Source: a virus
DNA: 64,000 nt
Virus record (IMG/VR): IMGVR_UViG_3300027759_000079
Span: 4,850 to 68,849 of that record
Strand: one strand, 5' to 3'
The position numbers were made by a program, and so were the translations under genes. Below, piece after piece: positions 18,559 to 26,680 of the stretch. Position 1 is the stretch's first letter, and each line of letters begins with the position of its first letter. Below the pieces are notes generated by a model. That model worked only from the letters and a program-made list of their open reading frames with translations. It ran no database searches and had not been told where the DNA came from.

Positions 18559-18729
18559 TTAACTTTGTTGTTGTTTGAGTTTATCTCGTTGCAATTTTCT
18601 CATCTCGTTCTGAAATTTGCGATCTTTCTTTTCATCATACTTAAGAGCTTTGTCAAACTCTAATTTATACTTAGCATAAATGAATCGCAGTGTATTCATT
18701 GTAGATGATGCTTCTTCTGGTAAAGCCAT
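18559..18729 (-). CDS. hypothetical protein (56 aa)
   Basis: Manual translation MALPEEASSTMNTLRF...; fills gap before tRNAs. Confidence 0.45.
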   Translation of the reverse strand: MALPEEASSTMNTLRFIYAKYKLEFDKALKYDEKKDRKFQNEMRKLQRDKLKQQQS

Positions 18730-18738
18730 ATTAATGTA

Positions 18739-19005
18739 TTAGTCGGCAGTTAAAAAAAATGAATTTCTTGGATGTGGATGATCTTTATCCATTATGCCAT
18801 AAGCAATCTTTTCTGCTTGCTCATAGTTATCTGCTTCGATAGGAATTTTGTTTGGATTAAAATAGACTATACAATCCCCAACAATAGCCGCATTGCGCGA
18901 AACAAATCTACCTTCGCCCATCTCAACGACTCTTTGAACAGATTGATGAATAATACTGTTAATTCTGCACCCTTTAACTTGGTATATATTTATATTGTAT
19001 TTCAT
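18739..19005 (-). CDS. hypothetical protein
   Basis: MKYNINIY start 1 nt after upstream stop. Confidence 0.5.
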   Translation of the reverse strand: MKYNINIYQVKGCRINSIIHQSVQRVVEMGEGRFVSRNAAIVGDCIVYFNPNKIPIEADNYEQAEKIAYGIMDKDHPHPRNSFFLTAD

Positions 19006-19006
19006 C

Positions 19007-19192
19007 TTAATGAATAAGGAAGTAATCTTTACTGTGAGAGTTAATCTCAAATGATGAGAGATCGTTTGTTTCTACAATGTGACGTAATTTCTCTAATACT
19101 TTCTTCTCGGCTTCTTCTTTAGAAGATGCGTCAAGCAGATCATAAAAATTAACAGAGAAAGCATAAGATGTTTTGGTTCTAGATTTAGACAT
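19007..19192 (-). CDS. hypothetical protein
   Basis: 61 aa, ASSKEEAEKK motif. Confidence 0.5.
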   Translation of the reverse strand: MSKSRTKTSYAFSVNFYDLLDASSKEEAEKKVLEKLRHIVETNDLSSFEINSHSKDYFLIH

Positions 19193-19195
19193 AAG

Positions 19196-19351
19196 TTAGT
19201 TGTTTAGTTCAAGTAAAATTTTGTTCGTTTTCTTTGGCACAGCTACCACAGGAGTAAGTTCATCAGTCCAGACGTTCCAGACTGTAACGGTTTGTTCTAG
19301 CTGCTCAGGAGAGAAGGTTTGCAGTTTTTCGATTAGTTGTTTATATGTCAT
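19196..19351 (-). CDS. hypothetical protein
   Basis: MTYKQLIEKLQTFSPEQLEQTVTV; start reassigned. Confidence 0.55.
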   Translation of the reverse strand: MTYKQLIEKLQTFSPEQLEQTVTVWNVWTDELTPVVAVPKKTNKILLELNN

Positions 19352-19589
19352 GTTAGTAATTAGTTTATCAAAAGTTTTCGCGTGATTAAAGTATGCGCGA
19401 CCCACTTCCGGTTCCTCCCAGCCAAATTTGTGGTATCGGCGGATTGAGGAAAATGTTTGAAAGAGCGGCCTGATTTCCCGCCCCACCTAGTATTGTCAGG
19501 CGTGGGGGGCGGGAGTCAGATGACCTCAACAAAGATGAGTGTGAGAATTTTTTTGGACTCGTCAATAGTTTTTCTGCTTTTTTTTCTTT

Positions 19590-20528
19590 TTATTTTTTCT
19601 CAATAACAGCAGATAAAGCCTTGACACCTTCAGCAGTAATCTTTCGCGCACCTTCGATCTTCATGTAGCCGCGCTGGAGGAGGAACAGTTCAACGTCGCG
19701 TTGAAGAGCGGAGCGAGAGATGCCAGTCACAGCACTTAGCATAGACAGCGAGCAGTCGCCGCGCTGATGAAGAGTTGTCAACACTTGAATCTCAGAGTTA
19801 GATAGACCAGAGGAGTTGATGCCGATCTTGTCGCAGAGAGCTGTCCAGTCAGAGGTGTCAAATGTTTTTTTATTTTTCATTTGGCAATACATCTCGACTT
19901 GCTTTGCGCGTTGGATAGCAGAGCGAGCGTTACCGCGAACAGTCTTGGCTACGAGTTCAAGCACATTTTCTTTGAAATCAATTTCGGGAAATGCGCGTTT
20001 GATAATCTCGGCGGTTTCTTCAAGCGAGTACGCTTGAAAGTCAATCGAGAGCAAACGATCTTTCAGCGGAGTGAATAAACGATCTTGTTCAGTCGTTGCC
20101 AGCATAAAAGATTGCTGCTTAAAATTGAACTCGTACAGTCCATCTTTCCAGCTCACTTGCTTGCGCTCAGTCTTTTCTGTATTAAACGCCGAAAGTAATA
20201 CAGTCATTAAGTCTTTGGGCAGAGCATGACACTCATCCAGTAGAACAGTAACTTCGTTGTTTTGAATCACAGGAGCGAACACTTGTTCAAAGAACACTTG
20301 AGCGTTCTTGATCGTGCCGCAGTTGATCTCAAGGAATGGGCGAGCTTGCCCATCTTTGCCAACGATAGAACGCGCCGCTTCTTTGGCGAACTCGGTCTTG
20401 CCCATTCCCTTTGCGCCAGTGAGCAAAAGAAAAGGAAAACGCTGTGATTGATTTTGGGCGTCAAGATAAAAGTCGAACTTCTTCTTAACGTCAGTTTGGC
20501 CGATTAGGTTGGTGAAACGAGTTTTCAT
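19590..20528 (-). CDS. ruvB: RuvB-like Holliday junction branch-migration AAA+ ATPase
   Basis: LIGQ, GAKGMGKT, LLDECH, LATTE, PLKDR, RGNARSA and winged-helix tail VELFLLQRGYMKIEGARKIT. Confidence 0.75.
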   Translation of the reverse strand: MKTRFTNLIGQTDVKKKFDFYLDAQNQSQRFPFLLLTGAKGMGKTEFAKEAARSIVGKDGQARPFLEINCGTIKNAQVFFEQVFAPVIQNNEVTVLLDECHALPKDLMTVLLSAFNTEKTERKQVSWKDGLYEFNFKQQSFMLATTEQDRLFTPLKDRLLSIDFQAYSLEETAEIIKRAFPEIDFKENVLELVAKTVRGNARSAIQRAKQVEMYCQMKNKKTFDTSDWTALCDKIGINSSGLSNSEIQVLTTLHQRGDCSLSMLSAVTGISRSALQRDVELFLLQRGYMKIEGARKITAEGVKALSAVIEKK

Positions 20529-20529
20529 G

Positions 20530-20757
20530 TTAGTTTAGTTGGGTCAATTTATATTCAATAACAGGTGAGATTTCTTGTTTAACTTCACTGACAATGGGTG
20601 CAATCAAATTTACTGTCAAGCCCATTTTTTCTAGCCATACGCGAGAAACAGGAACAGGAATTTCCCCGAAACGTTTTAGGTCGGAGATCGACACGTTAAC
20701 AAAAGAGGTGCCGCCAGCGGGACGACCTCTGCCTTTTTTTAGTGATGTAGTAACCAT
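20530..20757 (-). CDS. small basic protein (GRGRP motif)
   Basis: KKGRGRPAG AT-hook-like motif. Confidence 0.5.
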   Translation of the reverse strand: MVTTSLKKGRGRPAGGTSFVNVSISDLKRFGEIPVPVSRVWLEKMGLTVNLIAPIVSEVKQEISPVIEYKLTQLN

Positions 20758-20765
20758 AGACCAGA

Positions 20766-20794
20766 ATTAAAAATCATTTTTAATCCATCGTCAA
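20766..20794 (-). promoter_or_regulatory. sigma70-like promoter, near-leaderless
   Basis: TTGACG-N17-TTTAAT-N8-ATG. Confidence 0.65.
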
Positions 20795-20824
20795 CATCTT
20801 TTTTAATCTTTTTTTAAAATAAAA

Positions 20825-20883
20825 TGTTCCACGATGTTACTAATGTTCCACAAAAATGTTCCACAACGTGCAGAATGTTCCAC
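20825..20883 (+). repeat. TGTTCCAC array 4 (4 copies)
   Basis: Copies start at 20825, 20844, 20857, 20876 (19,13,19). Confidence 0.95.
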
Positions 20884-20898
20884 ACTAACTAAGCAGCT

Positions 20899-21441
20899 TT
20901 ACTCGGTTTTCTTTTCTTTGGCTGAGATGATCTTGTTTTTCCATACCATCCAGCCAATGCCCAAGATAAACGACAGCACCACCAGTACGGTAACTACGTA
21001 CTTGCCAACGAACGATTCTTGTTGCGGTTTAATTGCAATAGTTTCTATTGCAGGTACTTTGCCCATAGGTACTATATCTACTTCCTCATTATTTAGCTTA
21101 TTACCATTCGTGTTCTCATTATTAGGAGAAATACTATTCGTGTTTGGAATCTTTTTATATGAATTTAAAATAGCTTCTTTAGTCTTCTCTTCTACTAACT
21201 TATTCAAATCACTTTCTTTTACCATGATATATTTCTCGGCATTAAAGTTGACGATTGCCGGGCGCCCGGCAGAAGGCGTAGCTTCTACTGGCTGCTTATT
21301 TACAACCGGGCTGTTCGTGTTTGGTTTAACAAAGACTGGCGCATTTTTATTAGCTATTGTACCATCTGGCATCTTCATAAAGGAACTGCAACCACTTAAC
21401 AATAAAGATAATAAGGCTATATTTAGACTTTTTTGATTCAT
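20899..21441 (-). CDS. lipoprotein with C-terminal TM helix (u-spanin-like topology)
   Basis: Lipobox LLLSG-C, Ser at +2, C-terminal YVVTVLVVLSFILGIGWMVW then basic tail. Confidence 0.55.
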   Translation of the reverse strand: MNQKSLNIALLSLLLSGCSSFMKMPDGTIANKNAPVFVKPNTNSPVVNKQPVEATPSAGRPAIVNFNAEKYIMVKESDLNKLVEEKTKEAILNSYKKIPNTNSISPNNENTNGNKLNNEEVDIVPMGKVPAIETIAIKPQQESFVGKYVVTVLVVLSFILGIGWMVWKNKIISAKEKKTE

Positions 21442-21462
21442 GTTTAGGTTCCTATATTTAGC

Positions 21463-21879
21463 TTACTTCAGTTCACCTTTTGACTTTAGCATTTTAGCAT
21501 TAGCCAAATGTAATTCTTTTACTTTCTCTTTGTTTTCTCCTTGATAAGCAACAGCATAGTAATTAGAGATCATCCATTCATTTACTTCTATACCAGAAGG
21601 TGTCTTTAACTTAGCTAAGATGCGCCCAAATTTTTCATTAGGATCTAATTTAGTCTCTATATATACATACTCATCTTTAGATAATACTTCTTTTAGTTTC
21701 TCTTTAGATAACTGTCCTCTTACTTTCTCTTCTTTATCTGATGTTCTGCTCTCTGGAGTATCAATACCATCTAGTCGGATGCGCTGTGCGCGCAACCAAA
21801 CGCCGAAACCAAGGTCGAAATCGACCTCAATAGTGTCTCCGTCAATGACTGAAATGATTTTTGCTTTATATTGATACAT
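21463..21879 (-). CDS. staphylococcal nuclease (SNase)-like protein
   Basis: VIDGDTI, IRLDGIDTPE, EKFGRILA, VNEWMI. Confidence 0.9.
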   Translation of the reverse strand: MYQYKAKIISVIDGDTIEVDFDLGFGVWLRAQRIRLDGIDTPESRTSDKEEKVRGQLSKEKLKEVLSKDEYVYIETKLDPNEKFGRILAKLKTPSGIEVNEWMISNYYAVAYQGENKEKVKELHLANAKMLKSKGELK

Positions 21880-21943
21880 ATTAAATAGTTACGTTATTTT
21901 AGGTGAGTCTCAAAGTGTTTTCCGGGTCAGGGTATTATACCAC

Positions 21944-22183
21944 TTATACATCTATTGTATTCTTTTTTATTACCTTTGTCAACATTCTTTTTATCTTAGC
22001 CATTTCAATACTAGTCTTAGCTGTCTTAAAAAGCTCTTTGCTTGTGTCGTATAACATACTACATAATTTTGATATTGTTGTGAAGATTCCCATGAACGCG
22101 CTCGCGCACAGCGCGATTGGCAACACTATAACTAACAACACTATAACTAGTGCTGTGTATGTAAATATATATCGAAATATCAT
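21944..22183 (-). CDS. small membrane protein
   Basis: Hydrophobic N-terminal half. Confidence 0.35.
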   Translation of the reverse strand: MIFRYIFTYTALVIVLLVIVLPIALCASAFMGIFTTISKLCSMLYDTSKELFKTAKTSIEMAKIKRMLTKVIKKNTIDV

Positions 22184-22400
22184 AGGAGAAGTATATAGAT
22201 TATATAGAAAGAGATACTATTATGCAAAGAAAATTTTGTTGATTTTAAATTAATTAAAAATGGGAATCGAGGTTGGTGCATTTTAAACAACAACTCATCT
22301 TACATATCTATCTCTTATCTATTCTTTCTCTATATTCTTCTTATATATCTTATCTATGTATTTTGATGTATCTTACCCTAAGAAAAAGGGTATGAGAACG

Positions 22401-22757
22401 TTATTCTTTATCTACTAAATCACTGAGGTAATCGTTGCGGGACTTTTTGACGCTTTTGGACGTTAAAACCTTGGTATTTTGGGGCTTTCTTTTTGTCTTA
22501 AAGGTTTTGGGCTTTTTCACTCCTAAAACCACTGCATTTTCCTTCAATTTTTTACTTACTTTTACCGCTTCTTTTTCATCAATAGGTGTAGGATCATATT
22601 GATCATCATTTTTGACCTCAAAACGATCAAATTCATCGTCCTTTTTTGAATAATAAAACTCAGCTAATAATACTAGTATAACAGGTATAGAAATCAACGC
22701 TAAAAACATCAATTCTGATGTGGTTGGGGAGGCGTTAATGAGTAAAAGTTCGTCCAT
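22401..22757 (-). CDS. single-TM membrane protein
   Basis: TM helix then charged tail. Confidence 0.5.
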   Translation of the reverse strand: MDELLLINASPTTSELMFLALISIPVILVLLAEFYYSKKDDEFDRFEVKNDDQYDPTPIDEKEAVKVSKKLKENAVVLGVKKPKTFKTKRKPQNTKVLTSKSVKKSRNDYLSDLVDKE

Positions 22758-22830
22758 AAAAAAAGATAAGGTTAATAATTTGGAGCTTTTAGTTATATAA
22801 GGTTCTCTGTTGTTTAATTACACAAAGAAA

Positions 22831-22866
22831 TACCCCCAAATTAGCTTTATGGCACCTTTGGGGGTA
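22831..22866 (-). terminator. hairpin / probable terminator
   Basis: TACCCCCAAA...TTTGGGGGTA inverted repeat followed on minus strand by TTTCTTT. Confidence 0.55.
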
Positions 22867-22893
22867 TAGGATGTTGAGTTAAACGCTTGTAAA

Positions 22894-23088
22894 TTACTTA
22901 ACAAGGCCCGCCAAACCACCTTGAGACGCCGCCAGCTTGTCTTTAACGACCTCCAAGATCATTTGGAGGCTCGCTTCCATGACCTTGTGTTCCTTTGGCG
23001 TTAAACGAGCTTGTTCATAAAGAGCAGCGACATTATTGAAAGCAACATCCAATGTGAGTTGCGGTTGATTTTGTGTTTGATTTTCCAT
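22894..23088 (-). CDS. hypothetical protein
   Basis: 64 aa ORF. Confidence 0.55.
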   Translation of the reverse strand: MENQTQNQPQLTLDVAFNNVAALYEQARLTPKEHKVMEASLQMILEVVKDKLAASQGGLAGLVK

Positions 23089-23111
23089 AGAAGTATATAT
23101 ACTAGTTTATA

Positions 23112-23696
23112 TTAAAGTTTGCCACGCATTTTGTCTATACATTTTTTGATAAAAGTCTTATCTTTTTGCATAGAGCGGAAGAAGAAGTAAGGAAACCAAA
23201 TGATCTTTGGTATCTTTAACACCTTCAAGTTCTTACAGTTAATTACCTTAGGCATTTCGCCATCCCAAATGCGAACTACAACAGTTGAATTATCTTCAAT
23301 AGAAACGTTATCAACTGTGCCATTTCTTGTTGGTTTTGTCCAAGGTGTCCAATAGTTGTCGTATTGGCCGATCTCGATTGTGTATTCCTTACCTTTGCGC
23401 GTGAATAAAATATCTTTTAAATTCCATCCATCAATGCTACCTTTTAGGGTAACGCCGTTGTTTAGTGGGTTTAAAGTCATGTTAGTGAACGAGTAATTAG
23501 AACCGCGAACAGCGTCAATGCAATCTTCTTTGCCGCCATTTACTGTTACTCCTGTTACTTGAACGTTGTCGCATTGCGAGAATTTCATAACATCATCCCA
23601 TTCAGAAGGATTAAGTGGATTTTCCCATGCGTCAATTACAACGTCTTTTAATTGAACGTGTGATTTATAGTTTGTGTCTTTTTTTCCAGAACTCAT
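23112..23696 (-). CDS. beta-helix (pectate lyase-like) protein
   Basis: DDVMKFSQCDNVQV...GGKEDCID...NGVTLKGSID repeat pattern. Confidence 0.5.
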   Translation of the reverse strand: MSSGKKDTNYKSHVQLKDVVIDAWENPLNPSEWDDVMKFSQCDNVQVTGVTVNGGKEDCIDAVRGSNYSFTNMTLNPLNNGVTLKGSIDGWNLKDILFTRKGKEYTIEIGQYDNYWTPWTKPTRNGTVDNVSIEDNSTVVVRIWDGEMPKVINCKNLKVLKIPKIIWFPYFFFRSMQKDKTFIKKCIDKMRGKL

Positions 23697-23712
23697 AGAC
23701 TCTAATTTACAC

Positions 23713-23958
23713 TTAAAATGTTTCGGGGCTATTTAGCATAGCATCAAGTTCATTTAATCTAGCTTGTAATGTATCTGCGCGATCTCTTTCTAGTTTTATC
23801 ATGTGGTTAGCTGTTAATAAATCTAAATTTAGATTATGTAAGCGAGTTGTTATTTCAGTGAGTTCCGTTTCCAACTCTCTTGCAAGGTCGGCTCTTACAA
23901 TCCATTCGCCTTCCCATTCTTCCCATTCTTCTTGTGTTGTGCGCGGTGCTGGGTTCAT
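23713..23958 (-). CDS. hypothetical coiled-coil protein
   Basis: 81 aa, VRADLARELE motif. Confidence 0.55.
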   Translation of the reverse strand: MNPAPRTTQEEWEEWEGEWIVRADLARELETELTEITTRLHNLNLDLLTANHMIKLERDRADTLQARLNELDAMLNSPETF

Positions 23959-23962
23959 TTGT

Positions 23963-24160
23963 TTAAAACGTTAATTTCCTAGCTTCTTTAATGATTTGAT
24001 TCATTCTTTGACCGTCTAATGCGCGGCAAGAACCAATATAATTTGGGCGAAACTCGCCACCAGAGTCGCATTCTTCTGTGATCTCAAGCAAATCAATAAA
24101 CTCTTTCCATAAGTTGTTTAACTTCTCTTCTTTAGTATTAGACTGGAGTGTTTGTTTCAT
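23963..24160 (-). CDS. hypothetical protein
   Basis: 65 aa in co-oriented run. Confidence 0.5.
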   Translation of the reverse strand: MKQTLQSNTKEEKLNNLWKEFIDLLEITEECDSGGEFRPNYIGSCRALDGQRMNQIIKEARKLTF

Positions 24161-24170
24161 GTGTTTTAAA

Positions 24171-24479
24171 TTATTTTAAACGGAAGGTTTTGAGGGAAAT
24201 GTTTTGGCTGGCAGCGTTAAAGAAACGGTCAATGAAGTCGTTTCTTGGTTCGATAGACACGATCATAAAACGAGCATCTTCAAAATTCATGTCCATATTA
24301 ACTCCAAATACTGCCACAGGTTCGCCGCCTTCATCTTTGTCGAAAGCGAGAGAAGTTTTACCTTGTGCGCCCATGTGACAAAGCTCGTCGATCAGCTCTA
24401 TTCTTTCTTTACGGTATTTAATCATGCCGTAATACATAGAATAAAAACGAAATCGCATACGTTGAAGGAAGTTTTTCAT
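24171..24479 (-). CDS. hypothetical protein
   Basis: 102 aa in co-oriented run. Confidence 0.55.
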   Translation of the reverse strand: MKNFLQRMRFRFYSMYYGMIKYRKERIELIDELCHMGAQGKTSLAFDKDEGGEPVAVFGVNMDMNFEDARFMIVSIEPRNDFIDRFFNAASQNISLKTFRLK

Positions 24480-24514
24480 GTTATTAGTTTAGTTTTAGGA
24501 AGTTTTTAATAGTA

Positions 24515-24844
24515 TTAGTTTGTAAAGACGTTGCCAATGAATTTTTTGTCTTTGAAATACTTTGCGGCGATCTTGTTGAACTGAAAATATGAATCAAGCA
24601 TAGAGATTGGAAGCGCAGCACCAGATAACGCGATGGCGCGATCATAAGCAATCTTTTTAGCCAAGTTCTTATCAAAAATGTCACCGATATTAACGTTGCA
24701 TAACGACCAACCAATGCTGTAATAACCTTCAAGAGATTTTGTTTCAGTAGCGGCGAACACGCCAACTCTCTGACCTTTTCGATTATAGTGGTAAATATGC
24801 AGTCCTTTTGGGAATTGCATAGTTTCTTTTTCTTTGTTATTCAT
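24515..24844 (-). CDS. hypothetical phage protein
   Basis: IGWSLCN...DIFDKNLAKKIAYDRA motif. Confidence 0.6.
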   Translation of the reverse strand: MNNKEKETMQFPKGLHIYHYNRKGQRVGVFAATETKSLEGYYSIGWSLCNVNIGDIFDKNLAKKIAYDRAIALSGAALPISMLDSYFQFNKIAAKYFKDKKFIGNVFTN

Positions 24845-24864
24845 GTGTTATGTTTAGAGTAAAA

Positions 24865-24952
24865 TGGTAGCCGAGATGGGAGTCGAACCCATAATCCCTA
24901 AAGGGCAAGCGATTTTAAGTCGCTTATGTATAGCCAGTTCCATCACTCGGCC
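24865..24952 (-). tRNA. tRNA-Leu(TAA)
   Basis: Anticodon loop CTTAAAA, long variable arm CCCTTTAGGG, GTTCGA, CCA. Confidence 0.92.
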
Positions 24953-24969
24953 AAATTTGTTCTTCCCCT

Positions 24970-24997
24970 ACCTTAGCAGAAGAAAAGCGTTTGTCAA
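24970..24997 (-). promoter_or_regulatory. sigma70-like promoter of tRNA-Leu
   Basis: TTGACA-N16-TAAGGT with TG upstream of -10. Confidence 0.55.
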
Positions 24998-25003
24998 TAC
25001 CTT

Positions 25004-25237
25004 TTAAGGATGTTTTGATTTTATTTCCTGAAATCTTTTGATAACTTCATCCAGTTTCTTTATCTCTGGTGAAGAATCTTCCATCCAAGAATTAACTGTG
25101 CGAAGTTCTGTTGCGTAAGGATATAAATCTTCTGCTATTGTTTGCCATTCATCTTGAGTCAAGAGCAGTTGGTGAATCAACTGTGCTGACTTGTCAGGAT
25201 TTTCTTTTACCCATTCTATATTCATCCTGCACTCCAA
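25004..25237 (-). CDS. hypothetical protein
   Basis: 77 aa ORF. Confidence 0.5.
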   Translation of the reverse strand: MECRMNIEWVKENPDKSAQLIHQLLLTQDEWQTIAEDLYPYATELRTVNSWMEDSSPEIKKLDEVIKRFQEIKSKHP

Positions 25238-25566
25238 GTACGATGTTTCTCAGCGACCCATTCATAACCACTAGACTCGCAAACGATCCATTGAACATCA
25301 TCAGGTATTTCTACGATTTTAACTGTGCAACATTCACCCGAAAATCTTTCTGAACCAATTTGTTCAAAGATTCTGATGAGAATAGGATCGTCGCGTAATA
25401 GTAAATATAAAGTAGCATTGAGTTCTTGAGGTAAAATAAGATATTCGCCCCAAGAAGGATTTTCGGTGACTGTATAAGATATACCTTTTTCTTTTAAGTA
25501 AAGCTCTTTAGCTTCTAATGATAAAGAGAAACCACCAACATCAGTGTTAATTAGGATTTTTTGCAT
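25222..25566 (-). CDS. conserved hypothetical phage protein
   Basis: KILINTDVGGFSLS...RDDPILI...KIVEIPDDVQW...GYEWVAEKHRTW; start moved past tRNA-Thr. Confidence 0.7.
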   Translation of the reverse strand: MQKILINTDVGGFSLSLEAKELYLKEKGISYTVTENPSWGEYLILPQELNATLYLLLRDDPILIRIFEQIGSERFSGECCTVKIVEIPDDVQWIVCESSGYEWVAEKHRTWSAG

Positions 25567-25574
25567 ATATAAAA

Positions 25575-25649
25575 TGGAGCTTCCGACAGGAATCGAACCT
25601 GCAATCTCAGCTTTACAAAAGCCGTGCTTCACCATTAAGCTACAGAAGC
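25575..25649 (-). tRNA. tRNA-Thr(TGT)
   Basis: Loop TTTGTAA, GGTTCGATTCC, CCA. Confidence 0.92.
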
Positions 25650-25758
25650 TAATTGATTTACCAGCGATTTCTTCTAGTAAAATAGTTTGGTCGATTCCAT
25701 AAGTGACGTAGCACTATTATGAAGATCAGGATTGATAACATTATGTGTAATATATTAT

Positions 25759-26022
25759 ATGGATAGCCCCCGATTATTACAAGCAGATATACATAATAAT
25801 TATAGCATTGTGTCTGGAGATTGGTCTAGTTACAAGACACAAATCACTGGACTATACTCTGCTACTGGTTACGCTGCTTCTGGCAATGCAACTTTCGGGG
25901 ACTTCTCCGATCATTTAGTTAGAGAATACAATCACAAGATCGAACGGTTGGGGATGCCAACAGGCTTATTCATTCGACCTTATGATGCTGGTTATAGATT
26001 AACTGGTATTGCTATCAGTTGA
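25759..26022 (+). CDS. hypothetical protein, lone plus-strand gene
   Basis: MDSPRLLQ start 8 nt after GTGTAA motif; Gly/Ser/Thr-rich. Confidence 0.55.
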   Translation: MDSPRLLQADIHNNYSIVSGDWSSYKTQITGLYSATGYAASGNATFGDFSDHLVREYNHKIERLGMPTGLFIRPYDAGYRLTGIAIS

Positions 26023-26343
26023 TTTGCGTTCTTCTTTGCCTTTGATATAGGCAGACATTAAGACGCAGTAGTTGAGAATATCCAAGATAGCGTCCTCATA
26101 GCCTTCGTTTGCAACCAATAGCTTTCCATCTTGGGCAAACGTGCTAAGACGAGATACTTTGTCTATAATACGAATAAGGAAACCTTGCTCGGTAGTGCAG
26201 ACGCCCATAGCCTCGCACCGCTGGAAGTTGGCGAACGGTACGTCGCCTTTACTACCAGCGTAGTCGTTGTTTTTGGTCTGCATGATCTCAAATGCTCGCT
26301 TACAGAGCAGATGGTGATGCTCAAACAGGTCTTGTCTATTCAT
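25999..26343 (-). CDS. DUF1599/Nmad1-like nucleotide-modification-associated protein
   Basis: KNNDYA...FANF...IRIIDKVSRL...EDAILDILNY. Confidence 0.65.
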   Translation of the reverse strand: MNRQDLFEHHHLLCKRAFEIMQTKNNDYAGSKGDVPFANFQRCEAMGVCTTEQGFLIRIIDKVSRLSTFAQDGKLLVANEGYEDAILDILNYCVLMSAYIKGKEERKSTDSNTS

Positions 26344-26365
26344 GGTTAATAAAAATTAATTTAAA

Positions 26366-26677
26366 TTACTCGCCTTTGATGACTTTTGATCTGACCTTAG
26401 AGAGCAGAGAGATAACGTCTTTAGAGTCCACGACAACAGGAACGTTGCGCTGAATCTTACCAGAGGCGTCTTTAAAGGCGTGAACGATTTGATAAGTCTC
26501 CTCTGTTCGCGCCGTCTCGGAAGTGAAACAATGCGCCGCCCATGCTGCGGCATTGTCTAAGGCGAAATCATAAAAGTTAATGCAGTTGCGAAGCGTACCG
26601 TCTCGTTCAAGATTCCAAATCTCAAACCAGTCTCGGTTAGTTTCTACTCCATTAGTAGTTAGTTGTAGTGTGTCCAT
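26366..26677 (-). CDS. hypothetical protein
   Basis: 103 aa ORF. Confidence 0.55.
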   Translation of the reverse strand: MDTLQLTTNGVETNRDWFEIWNLERDGTLRNCINFYDFALDNAAAWAAHCFTSETARTEETYQIVHAFKDASGKIQRNVPVVVDSKDVISLLSKVRSKVIKGE

Positions 26678-26680
26678 AGT

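Noticed and set aside
18475-18663. 62-aa plus-strand ORF
   Set aside because: Antisense translation of tRNA-Asp
14324-20883. TGTTCCAC arrays as CRISPR arrays
   Set aside because: Repeat is 8-9 bp with mostly 5-11 bp gaps, far below CRISPR dimensions; no cas genes seen
14324-20883. Canonical parS sites
   Set aside because: Only direct half-sites; no complete TGTTCCACGTGGAACA palindrome seen
20834-21436. 200-aa hydrophobic plus-strand ORF
   Set aside because: Antisense shadow of the lipoprotein gene, starting inside array 4
25567-25635. N-terminal extension of ORF 25222-25635
   Set aside because: Overlaps tRNA-Thr; ATG at 25566 is the plausible start
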